Source: Eledone cirrhosa
Taxonomy: Eukaryota
DNA length: 64,000 nt
Direction: 5' to 3'
Assembly (NCBI GenBank): GCA_964016885.1
Contig: OZ024742.1
Span: 296,112,001-296,176,000, forward strand
Translations under genes and position numbers: made by a program
Notes under the pieces: model-generated
The model's input: only the letters and a program-made list of their open reading frames with translations
Databases searched by the model: none
Told to the model about the DNA's origin: nothing
Part shown: piece by piece, positions 13,122-24,509 of the stretch
Layout: every line of letters begins with the position of its first letter
How positions within the stretch are numbered: position 1 is the stretch's first letter

Positions 13122-16100
13122 ATACCACTGTGGATTACTTGTTTAGTAGACTTAATATGTCACTTGGTCTAACACCACCATTTAAACTTTGAGTGCCTAT
13201 AGTAGAGTCTACACTGTTGTAAGCATTTGAGCCAGGTCTCCAGTTTGAGGTCACTTTCCTCCATCCTTTCTGTTCTCTCACCAATTTTAGAGGCCCTGAA
13301 AATGGGCCATGGACATTGCCCTTCTCTCCCTGGCTAAGTTGCCAAAACGAAATCAACCTTTTGTACAAATCAGCAATATGACTGCATTGTATTAAATATT
13401 AAAACCTTTATTTTAATACTGCAAATTTGAATAACAAACTTGTTTTTAGATATTGTTTTTGAATAATCATTACATGATGTTGATTTACAACTACACATAT
13501 GATATATTATTTTTAGAAAATTAACTGTATTATATTAAAAATTAAAGTCTTTACTCTAATAATATACATTTTAATAACTACCTATCCAATAGTAAAGATA
13601 CGATTAACATTTGCATTAACAAACCTTATTTTAGCTATTTTTTTCATAAATAATTACAGAATTATAAGAGTTAAATAGGAAGCCTTAAAAACGTTTCATA
13701 GAACCGATTCTGGCTGGATAAGTATCAAAAGGGTTAACTCTATAAAATCACTGTATATTTTTATCATCAAATTAAAATCTATTTCGCTTTCTCAATATAT
13801 GTCTTGCATTATACTTGATTTTTTTTTTAATTTGTAGTCTTATTTTTATTTCAATACTTCAATACATAGTACTTATTAGCATGTCAGCGTATTACTCTAT
13901 TACATATTCCAGCTGACAGGTTGAGGCCATGCTGGGGCATCGCCATTGAATATGTCTTACATTATTATTTAAGATTGACTTTGCCTTTCATCCTTACAGG
14001 GTCAATAAAATAAAGTACCAGTAATGCACTGGGTAATTGCTGGCCTTGTGCCTAAAGTAGAAACAATTATTATTTAAAACTTTATAGATATTTTCTTTTG
14101 TATTGCCATATTCTTTATTTTTTTTACTTGTTTCAGTACTTAGACCACAGCCATGCCAGAGTAGAGTTTTGAAAAGATTTGTTTGATTGACCACAGTACC
14201 TATTTATTTAAAGTCTTGTACTTATTTTATAGATCTCTTTTCATCAGTTGCAGGCCATAAACACTGATGCAAACATAAACACACTCAGTGACATATAGTA
14301 TCAGCAATGGAAAAACAAATATAAACATTGTTTCTTTTGTCTGGTCTCCTTTCCTTTCACCTTTTATAAACAGCTAATGACTTCACCCAGCATTTTATAA
14401 TGTTTGAAATAGGCAATTTAGATGGAAGTTAACTAGCTTAAGACCTTTAGCATTTAATTTGGCCTTATCCTACCTGAATTTTCTCACCTCTTTCTATTCA
14501 TACCAATGTTAAGGTATTGTTCTCAAAATAAATAATATCAAAATTTCATAGATTCGATATTATATGAGATAATTATGAGGTAAAGCCTTTACCATGAAAA
14601 TATAATAGTATATATAGAGTAATGTAAATGCTAAAGCGTTAATGTTATACCAGCACTTTACTCTTCAATATGTTGATAAAATTTACCTTGTTATTAAAAC
14701 TAAAGATATAAAGAACTATTGGTAGTGACAGAATTGATAAGTTTCAACATAGTTGATGTCTATTATTCCTTGCTGTTTGTTTAAATTATTTTTGTATTTT
14801 AAATTTTATTTGAACTAATTTTATTCATCTGATAATCACCACATATACATCTCATTTGTCCTCTGAGTTTTCACAATTTCAAAACCCACTGTCCATGTTT
14901 TAATGTAATAAATATGCTGCTAGAATACAAATCACCAGCATGGTACATGTTTTTATGGCTTTTATCGACAAACCTTTTTATTCATCTTCAAAGCAAAAAT
15001 CTCTATAAACTTGATATCATTTACAGACTTAACCAGTCAGTGCTACCACCATTTGCTTTACTATTTATTACATTAATGCTTTTAAATAATAATGTGTTTT
15101 TAATATGAAAATCTCACGACTGTATTTCTCTTTAAATGCATAGAAAAAACTAAAAATATTTTTTTTAAAATGAATAAAAGGATTTCCATTTATTCAATTA
15201 CTAGAAATAATTAATCATCAAAGATAAAAGTTTATTATATTTGACTTTTTTAACACTAATAATAATTCTCCTTGTTGGAAAAAACTAATTATATGATTAT
15301 GAAGAATCTTGCTGCTGTATAATTTTGATAAGGCAGAAAAAATACTGCTGAATTAGCAATTTCATCATGAAAACAAAATGGACGCTACATGGGCAAATGG
15401 TTAGCAAGCTTGCTTCACAAACATTTGGTCCAGGGTTTGATCTCAGTGTGTAGCATCTTGGGCAAGTGTCGTTTATCATAGCCTCAAGTTGACCCTTATA
15501 TTGAGACTTAACCTGAGGTGATGGAAAGTGTTTGGAACTCTGTCAGATGGACTGTGCTATGTCAAGCTGGACCACCCTGAATATAACGTTGTTTACATCA
15601 TTATCATCATCATCACACGTCCATTTTCCACACTAGCATGGGTTAGACAAGTTGTCTTGTTGTGAGATAAGCCAGGTCAGGTGACCATGTCTTGTTCATA
15701 CAGAACTGTTTTTGGCTTGGTTTCTATGGCTGGATAGCCATTGTAATGCCAACCACATTTACAGTGAGTTCTGGGTGTTTTATGTCATGTCATCTACACG
15801 ACCACTTTACATGTGTCTGTGAAATACCCGTGTAGGTTGTTTTGGTGATTGGCAACTGGAAAACTCATTTGTCATAACCAATGACGGTTCATTCAGTAAA
15901 TATTTTTTAAACTATACAAAGTGTATTTTTTTTTAGGTTTTTCAACCAATCAGTTAATATATTGCTTGCTAGTTATTGTTTATTGACCAGTGATCACAAT
16001 GTTTTAATCAGTAAAAATTATTTTTACACAGTATTACTATTTGCTAGTGAAGGGTGTTTGGCTCACAATTGTAAGCTGGTGAGTTTGATTCCTGGTTGTA

Positions 16101-16328
16101 TGTTGTGTCCTTGAGCAAAACATTTTATTTCAGCCTTGTCACGCTGCCTATGTATTGAGCTTTTCCTGTTTACTCATATATATATATAGGAATTAGTATT
16201 GGTGCTCTGAAATAGCGATGTATGTATAAATGTACGTATAGTATTTAAAAACATTTTGAAGACCATTCGCTATGAGTTTTAAAGTAGTGACTATATCACT
16301 TACTTGGTCTTGGCAAAATCAAAGGGAA

Positions 16329-16373
16329 GTAATCGATGATCGTTTCTCGCTTGTTAGCAGTTGTCAAGATTAC
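16329..16373 (-). ncRNA. type I hammerhead ribozyme, U3-A8 core variant
   Basis: Minus strand: gtaatc-TTGACAA-ctgc-taacaa-gcga-GAAA-cgatca-TC^gattac. Stem I 6 bp, extendable (caaaggga/tccctttg). Stem III is a near-palindrome acgatc(a/g)t. Lies in a TA-flanked ~280-bp element, 16188-16465. Confidence 0.7.
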
Positions 16374-16464
16374 ATATCCCTTTGCTTCTGCCGAGAGTTA
16401 TAGGAGCTGGATTCTTATAGAATTCCAGTAATGTTTAAGAGCTGCTTAAGCAGAACGGTTGCCA

Positions 16465-16504
<40 letters not shown>

Positions 16505-17127
16505 AAACAGGAAAAGTGATGATGCTGATGATGAACAATGATATATATATTTATATAAAGAATAAAGACCCCTGTTGGCCATGAATGACCATGGGTTTTG
16601 CACCTAGAAAGTTCCCTCCAAGACACAAGCCCAGGCAAGATGTTTTTGGTTCTTATGGAAGACCAGCAATCACACATGTATATCAGTCACTCCTCTCTAT
16701 ACCACTAATGTGGTCCAAGGGAACAGTAAAGGTCTATACAACTTGGTACCAGTGGCATTGTAACTGATTTTTGCAGCTAAATGAACTGGAACAATGTAAA
16801 TATAATGTCTCACCCAAGTACACGGCCTCATTTATTTAGGACTGGATGCTATGGTACCAACATAACTTTACATCGAAAGGGGTGGTGAAGATGGGGTGGG
16901 GGTAGTGGGACGGGGGTGTATTTTTGTTAAGAGGTGCCTACTGACTGTAGGTTTCGCTTTGTACTTAGGCAAGGCAGGTCTTCTGTATTACTGCGTAGCA
17001 CCAAAGATCTTGGTCCAGTGACATTGTCTTGGAGAGGTGTAAGTGTGAGGTCGGAATTTATCAAGTCGTCCCAGGTTTTTCTGGGTTTGCCTACTCTGTG
17101 GCTACCGTCTATTTTTATCGTCCTGCA

Positions 17128-17163
<36 letters not shown>

Positions 17164-17200
17164 TAGATAGATGGACGTTAAACGATGATGATATATATAT

Positions 17201-17291
17201 ATATAGAAATGGCTTCTACAGGGCTAGAACTATTTCATTCGAAGGAAATCATCAGGAAACAGTTCTAGTCCTGTAGAAGCCATTTGTATAT
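17201..17291. repeat. 36-bp inverted repeat whose loop holds a partial hammerhead core
   Basis: Arms 17201-17236 and 17256-17291. Minus strand reads CTGATGA-tttc-cttc-gaat-GAAA; the other arm reads GAAAcagttctaGTC. Confidence 0.65.
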
Positions 17292-17463
17292 TAAAAATTT
17301 ATACTCTATGTATTGAGTACCTCACTTACTGTGGTTACCTCTGATTGAACTCGGGATACACATATATATATATATGTGTGTGGGTGTGTGTGTATATATA
17401 TATAGAGAGAGAGAGAGATATATAATTAAAGAAGAAATTAAAAGATGGTTAAAAAGTTCCATA

Positions 17464-17525
17464 TATTTTATTATGCGCATTTCGAAAACAACATCAGCCT
17501 GGGACAAAAATTGTGTTCTCGTCAG
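17464..17525 (-). ncRNA. hammerhead ribozyme copy with disrupted stem I
   Basis: CTGACGA-stem II-GAAA-tgcgca-TA^ataaaata, but the 5' stem I strand is replaced by ccctct. Confidence 0.55.
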
Positions 17526-17883
17526 AGAGGGAGGGAGTGAGGCCTAAAAACACTTGTCAACAAGAAAGTGTAAAGTATGACAGAAATATACGAGTAAGAA
17601 AAAGATAGGAAAATAGAAGAAAAGGAAAGGAGAAAAAGGAAAAAGAAATAGATGAGAGGAAAAAAGGAAAAAGAAAGAAGGAAGAGAGAGAAAGTCTCTC
17701 AAAAGTCTCCCTCTCTTTCTCTCTCTTCCTTCTTTCTTTTTCCTTTTTTCCTCTCTTCTATTTTTTTTCCTTTTTCTCCTTTCCTTTTCTTCTATTTTCC
17801 TATCTTTTTCTTACTCGTATATTTCTGTCATATTTTACACTTTCTTGTTGACAAGTGTTTTTAGGCCTCATATCATGTTACCT

Positions 17884-17953
17884 TATTTTATCTGATGAGA
17901 ACACAATTTTTGCCCCAGGATGATGTTGTTTTCGAAATGCGCATAATAAAATA
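17884..17953 (+). ncRNA. type I hammerhead ribozyme
   Basis: tattttat-CTGATGA-gaacacaat..gttgttttc-GAAA-tgcgca-TA^ataaaata. 8-bp stem I, palindromic stem III atgcgcat. Confidence 0.88.
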
Positions 17954-18799
17954 TATGGAACTTTTTTAACCATCTTTTAATTTCTTCTTTAATATATACT
18001 CCAGTTCTACCAACTGTTGAGTGCTTCTTATCTGATATATACATAGTTTTATTGTTCTACAATATTACTCACCTTCTACATATATATATAGATAGATAGA
18101 AAGAGATAGGTGATTTACATGCATTTACACCTTTATTAATAGACAGCCTGTTGCTTTCTTTTCTGTCTGTTTTCTGTGCTTTTTTTCCTGTTGGTTGCAA
18201 TGGCAGAAAGTGTATGCAGCTAATCACACACATTCAGGTTATCAGCCAAGGTGAGAAACACACCTCAAAGTCTATTCTTCCAAAGTCGATTGGACAGCAG
18301 TCTAAAACACTTCTTTAGATAAAATATTTCTTGCTTAGTTTATAGACAAGACATTTTCTAAAAACAAAAAAAACATACAAATAAAGATAAAATACATTTT
18401 CTTTTATTGTGTGTATATAAATATAAATATATTTGTGTGTGTGGGTGTGTGTATATATATATATATAATTTGTGTGTGTGTGCATATACATAATTTGTGT
18501 GTATATATATATATTTGTGTGTGTGTATGTGTGTATATATATGTGTGTGTGTGTATATATATATATAGAGAGAGAGAGATTATATATTTAGAGAGAGAGA
18601 GAGAGATTTGTATATATCATCATCATCTCTGTTTAATGTCCATTTTCCCACATATTTATATTTATATATGTATGTAGGAGGTGAGTTTTATTGTAGTATA
18701 ATAAAGCAATGCAGATATCGGATATGTAGCACTCTACAGTTTGTAGGACTGGAGTATAAATAATATATAAGATCAAAAGATGGTTAAAAGAGTTCCATG

Positions 18800-18870
18800 T
18801 ATTTTATTATGCGCATTTCAAAAACAAATATCATCATGCGATGACATTTGCGTTTTCGTCAGATAAAATA
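18800..18870 (-). ncRNA. type I hammerhead ribozyme
   Basis: tattttat-CTGACGA-aaacgcaaatgtcatc-gcat-gatgatatttgttttt-GAAA-tgcgca-TA^ataaaata, with a ~16-bp stem II. Confidence 0.88.
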
Positions 18871-18936
18871 GGGAGATATGTTGATTTAAAACTGCACTAT
18901 TCACAAGTGTTTTTTAACCTTCATATCATGTCTCCC

Positions 18937-19007
18937 TATTTTATCTGACGAAAACGCAAATGTCATCGCATGATGATATTTGTTTTTGAAATGCACATAA
19001 TAAAATA
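18937..19007 (+). ncRNA. type I hammerhead ribozyme
   Basis: Same as 18800-18870, except that stem III reads tgcaca (palindrome broken by one substitution). Confidence 0.8.
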
Positions 19008-19050
19008 CATGGAACTCTTTTAACCATCTTTTGATCTTATATATTATATA

Positions 19051-19082
<32 letters not shown>

Positions 19083-19289
19083 GCTAATTTTATTACACTT
19101 GTGTAATCATTTCTTTTATACTAAAATTTTAATTTTGTTTATAAAATTGCTGCTTACTTTATACATCTTTAGTTATTATATAGTGGTTTTTTCTTTAATA
19201 ATGATACTAATAATTTTTATTTTATTAATAGTTAATACCTGTCCTGTCGACGACATTTCTTTAAATGTCTGCTACAGGCCAATACTCAC

Positions 19290-19850
19290 TTTCTCTCCCT
19301 TTATCTCCCTCTCTTTCTCTCCCTCCTTCTTTCTCTCTTTCTCTCCCTCTCTCTCTCTTTCTCCCTCCCCTTCTCTCTCTCTTCTTCTCCCTCCCCTTCT
19401 CTCTCTCTTTTTCTCCCTCCCCTTCTCTCTCTCTCTTTTTCTCCCTCCCTCTCTCTCTTTTTCTCCCTCCCTCTCTCTCTTTTTCTCCCTCCCTCTCTTT
19501 CTTTTTTCTCCCTCACCCCCTCTCTCTCCCGCTTCCTCACCCCCTCTCCCTCACCCCCTCTCTCTCCCGCTTCCTCACCCTCTCTCACCCCCTCTCTCTC
19601 CCGCTTCCTCACCCCCTCTCACCCCCTCTCTCTCCCTCTTCCCCACCCCCTCTCTCTCCCTCTTCCTCGCCCCCTCTCTCTCCCTCTTCCTCACCCCTCT
19701 CATTATTTTCCCCTCTTTCTCTCTCTTTCTCTCTTTTTTCTCTCTCTTTCTCTCTTTTTTCTCTCTCTTTCTTTCTCTTTCTCTTTCCTTTTCCATATTT
19801 CTCTAACTCATTCTCTTTCCGTTTCTCTCTCTCTCCTCTTTTCTTTCCCT
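19290..19850. repeat. CT-rich low-complexity tract
   Basis: Polypyrimidine (CT/CCT) repeats that explain the S/L/P and E/R ORFs. Confidence 0.9.
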
Positions 19851-20176
19851 CTCACTCTCAGCATAGAGAAAAATTGTATTTCAATTATTTGAATTTTCCA
19901 CTGAATGTCTCTATATAGAACTACATGGTAGTTTTCCTATTATCTATTTATGTTATTTTTCTTTTAGAGTATGAGTAATAATTTATTGTTCAGTATAAAT
20001 CATAGATTGACTATTTGATTTCATTTGAAGTTTAGTATTGAGTATTTATGAAAATAATGTTTTACACCCATCATTTATATAAATGTATATCTGTGTTTAT
20101 GTAAATCATAGAACAATGGTTCAAATCTAGTTAAAGTTAAATATTCAATATTGTTGTTTCTATGTTTTCTATTATC

Positions 20177-20220
20177 AGTAAATACATGTTTCAATATCTT
20201 TACATCTCATCAGTTCAGCT
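20177..20220 (-). ncRNA. isolated minimal type I hammerhead ribozyme
   Basis: agctgaa-CTGATGA-gatgt-aaag-atatt-GAAA-catg-TA^tttact. Exact core and palindromic stem III acatgt; stems I and II are weak and rely on G-U pairs. Confidence 0.55.
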
Positions 20221-20391
20221 CATTGACAATTTAAGTTAAATCCATTTAATAACTCTTCATGCAGTGCAATATATCTACAAACCATTGAATAAAATATGGT
20301 ATATCTTCCTCATCTACGAGGTACAGTGGTTCCCAAATTGTTTTGACATGGAACCCTTATATGATTTTCCAAAATTAGGAGATTCCATGTC

Positions 20392-20578
20392 TGTTTTCAG
20401 ATAATCCTCAACACCCTAATTTTAATAAGGCGTAAAATAAAAGAATAGTTACTTTAGATAGAGATCATATATATATATATATGTGTGTGTGTATATATAT
20501 ATATGTATATATATGATCTCTATCTAAAGTAACTATTCTTTTATTTTATGCAAGGGTATTGAGGATTATCTGAAAACA
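20392..20578. repeat. inverted repeat centred on a TA/TG microsatellite
   Basis: tgttttcagataatcctca...gagatcatat-(TA/TG)n-atatgatctc...tgaggattatctgaaaaca. Confidence 0.85.
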
Positions 20579-22139
20579 TACTTTATATACATTATAAAAC
20601 TCTTTTTTAAAATAATTGTCCCTCTCATTATTTCAATAATGTCACTTTGACGAATCAAAGAAAGGAAAAAAAAGAAAAACAGATCCTAAAATATATTTTC
20701 CATGCTATTTCCAACATTACATTTTCTCTATAACAACTTTTTTGTATAGAACTTCACTTCCCTTTTCTAATATATATGGTATTAGTATTGGTGCTCTGAA
20801 TATATATATATATGTATGTAAACGTGGTTGGTGTTAGGAAGGGCATCCAGCTGTAGAAAACCTGCCAGACAGTCCTATACGAGCAAGACAACCAATCTTG
20901 CCTCAAGTGCGACAATTCCCGTCTAAACCCATGCTAGCATGGAAGATAGACGTTAAACGATGATGATGATATATATATATATATATAACATATCATAGGT
21001 TTTTATTAAATTTTATTAGCAGTTACCTTAGTTCATGGAACCCCAGAATTTTTTTCATGGATCATCACCACAAACCTGCAGTTTTTTTTATAAGTATCTA
21101 TGTGAAAACTGGATTATACTTTAATCCAGTTATCTATATTGTTGGTGCAATAATTCTGTGTGTAAAGGGACTTATTTTCAGATTATTGAATAAAAAGGAA
21201 AAAAGTTAGTTGTCAGATCAAACCATGGAAATGACTTGTATTTCTGTAGCTGATACTATCTACTGGTTGCTACTCTTAAGCAAACGGAGTCAATATTCGA
21301 ACTCAAAATGCACAGAGCTGGAACAGATATCTTAAAGTATCTCATCTGCCTCTGTACTGCTACTATATTTATTGACACCAAAAGGGTGAAATTCAAAATT
21401 GAGCTCAACTAGGTTTGAACTAGGAGTCCAGAGAGTTGAAAAAAATACCACAAAGCCTCTGGACTGGTACTTTCTTTGTTAACACCAAAAGGATAAAACA
21501 TGAGGTTCATCTCAGTAAGATTTGAACTCAGCCAAGAGATTTAATCCAATAGTCTAAAGATGCTGCCAATTTGCTGCCTGTTGAATAAAAGAAAAATTTA
21601 TTCACCTCATCTAGCAACAGTAATATCTTGATCTACTTAATAATTTATATGTAGAATGTTTAATTCCAACTACTTTTAATTGGATTATTTCATATATATT
21701 AACGAAGTTGGTTTTCATTTCTTAGTAGCTGAGGATAGACAGTTTTTTTAATGTATTTATAGATTTTTGTTAAAAATTTGTTTTTCATTTTATATTGATA
21801 ATATTCTCTGTCAAGCATGTATAATCCAGGCAATGTAGAAATGCTTGGCGTGTCGTGGCTTTAATTGAATCACCTTAATGTCATTAGTATAATTGTGTAT
21901 AATTATATTACAACAAATCACTTTCTGAAATGAATCTTTGGAAGTAGTTTGAGAAGTTTAATTAACATAGAGACAGAGTGAGGGACAGACAGGCAGGGTG
22001 AGGGGAAGTGAGAGGGGGGTAGATAGAGATAATCTGAATGATGGAATATTGTGCATCCATTAACATGTTAGACCAACTATATGTGTATGTGTGTGTATTT
22101 ATATATATATATTTTAAATGGTGATGATGTTGATGATAT

Positions 22140-22149
22140 GTATATGTAC

Positions 22150-22201
<52 letters not shown>

Positions 22202-22325
22202 TGCTAGCGTGGAAGATGGACGTTAAACGATGATGATGATATATATATACATGTATATATATGTATATATGTATATATGTATATATGTATATATATGTAT
22301 ATATGTATATATATATGTATATATG

Positions 22326-22376
<51 letters not shown>

Positions 22377-22469
22377 GTATATATATATATATGTATATAT
22401 ATGTATATATATATATATGTATATATATGTATATATATATGTATATATATATGTATGTATATATATATG

Positions 22470-22562
<93 letters not shown>

Positions 22563-22887
22563 GTATATATATATGTATATATATATGTATATATATGTAT
22601 ATATATATATGTATATATATATGTATATATATATATGTATATATATATGTATATATATATGTATATATATATATGTATGTATATATATATGTATATATAT
22701 ATATGTATGTATATATATATGTATATATATATGTATATATATATGTATATATATATATGTATGTATATATATATGTATATATATATGTATGTATATATAT
22801 ATGTATATATATATATATGTATATGTATATATATGTATATACATGTATATATATATATGTATGTGTGTATATATATGTGTGTGTGTG

Positions 22888-22923
<36 letters not shown>

Positions 22924-22925
22924 TA
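22140..22925. repeat. long (TA)n/(TATG) compound microsatellite
   Basis: Direct inspection; source of the Y/I/H/M/C ORFs. Confidence 0.95.
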
Positions 22926-23589
22926 TTGAGAGAGTGTGGGGACAGAGGTAACATATGTGTAGTGCATGAATGGTAGAATATTATACTATCATTAGCATAT
23001 TAAACCAACTCTATTCTCATCAGAGCAAATTTAAATATATATTATTTTATTTGTTTTGTTTCCTCCTATTGAATGTCTTTTGATTAGAGAAGCAATGCTA
23101 GTAAGAGTTGCACACTTACACAACATAATGAGGTTCCCATATTAATGAATGTCCCTCTACATAGATGATTGACCTGCTAGAAATAGTAGTCATTTCACCC
23201 ACAAATCATGCCCTACTGTCTTTACAAAATACAACAGATTAGATAAGTATTCCCAAGCCTAAAACCTCTTTCAATCAGAGTTTATGCAGGTTTCATGGAG
23301 CATTAAATTACTATAAGGACCAAACTCCTCATTGAACATGACACCAATTTGTTGCAAAGTTAACTTACAGCTGCCAGTGGTACTCATTTTTTCAGCTGAG
23401 TTAACTGGAGCAATGTGAAATGAAGTGACTCTCTCAAGGACGAAACATTTTACCTTGTCCAAGGATCAAACCTATGACCTTACAATTGTGAGCCCTACAC
23501 CCTAACCATAGGAAATAGTAACTAATTCTCCCTAAAATCACACCATTTCATCTTTACTAAAGAGAACACAATAGATAACAGAGTACTTA

Positions 23590-24090
23590 ACTCTTAACAT
23601 CCCTGCATACGAAAGGCCAGTTATATGATGCCTGTGTGAGATGCACAATGCTGCATGGTAGTGAGACATGGGCAGCAACTGTGGAGGATTTGCGATGGCT
23701 GGAGAAAAATGAAGCAAGCATGCTCCGTTGGATGTGTAATGTCAATGTGCGTGAACAACCAAGCATAGACAAGTTGAGAGAGAAACTGTGTATAAGAGGG
23801 ATAAGTTGTAGTGTGCGAGAGAGAAGACTGCAATGGTATGGACATGTGATGTGCATTGAGGATGACCACTGGGTAAAGAAGTGCCAAAAAATCCCACTAG
23901 AAGGAAGACGTAGTAGAGGAAGACCATGAAAAACATGGGCGGAGGTGGTGAGAGCAGACCGCAGATCGCTGAAATTCACGGAGGAGATGACGAAGGACCG
24001 TGAAAGTGGAGAGATGCTGTGCTGAATAGGACTCGTCCCAACCTTGCAAGCAGGGAAAATCAGATGTAAAATGATGATGAGGATGACAAT
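23590..24090 (+). mobile_element. RTE-clade LINE 3' fragment
   Basis: MLHGSETWA..LRWMCNV..RERRLQWYGHV..RGRP, with a gatgatgag tail. Confidence 0.85.
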
Positions 24091-24509
24091 GATTTAGCAG
24101 AAAGTGTATAAAGACAAGTGTGTTAATTCAAATGTTTATAGTACCTTCACTTGTGAACAGACTGTTAAATGCAGTTTGTAACAGGCGTTATCATACATAT
24201 ATGACAAACATCAAAAACAAAATATTCTTGTCTGATATTAATTATAGGCTTCAATATATTCTTAATATGGAATCTATATTTAAATTTGAGTGACTTTCGG
24301 CCATCACACAATATGTGCATGTAAAAGGAAGGAAGGGGATGGTGGAAAAACTATAACAAAACAGTGGCTAGCGTTTCATTTGCTACACTTTGTGTGAGTG
24401 TATGTGTATGTTCATGCAAATGTATGTGTGTGTGTTTGAGTGAATTTGTGTGAATCTGTGTCTATAAGTGTGTATTTTTGTGTGTCTGTGTTTGCACGTC
24501 TATATTTAT

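Larger units (their letters stand above)
17425..18080 (+). mobile_element. non-coding fold-back PLE-type element with hammerheads in both arms
   Basis: Inverted arms 17425-~17695 and ~17712-17993, with a 3' tail to 18080. TA microsatellites on both flanks. Confidence 0.8.
18672..19047 (-). mobile_element. second fold-back element of the same hammerhead family
   Basis: Arms ~18760-18880 and ~18928-19047. Tail 18672-18760 is the reverse complement of 17995-18080. Confidence 0.8.

Noticed and set aside
22077-22976. Long ORFs of 220-296 aa (also at ~7.0, 19.1-19.9, 30.0, 34.4, 40.6-41.3 and 55.5 kb)
   Set aside because: They are translations of TA/CA/CT microsatellites that happen to lack stop codons.
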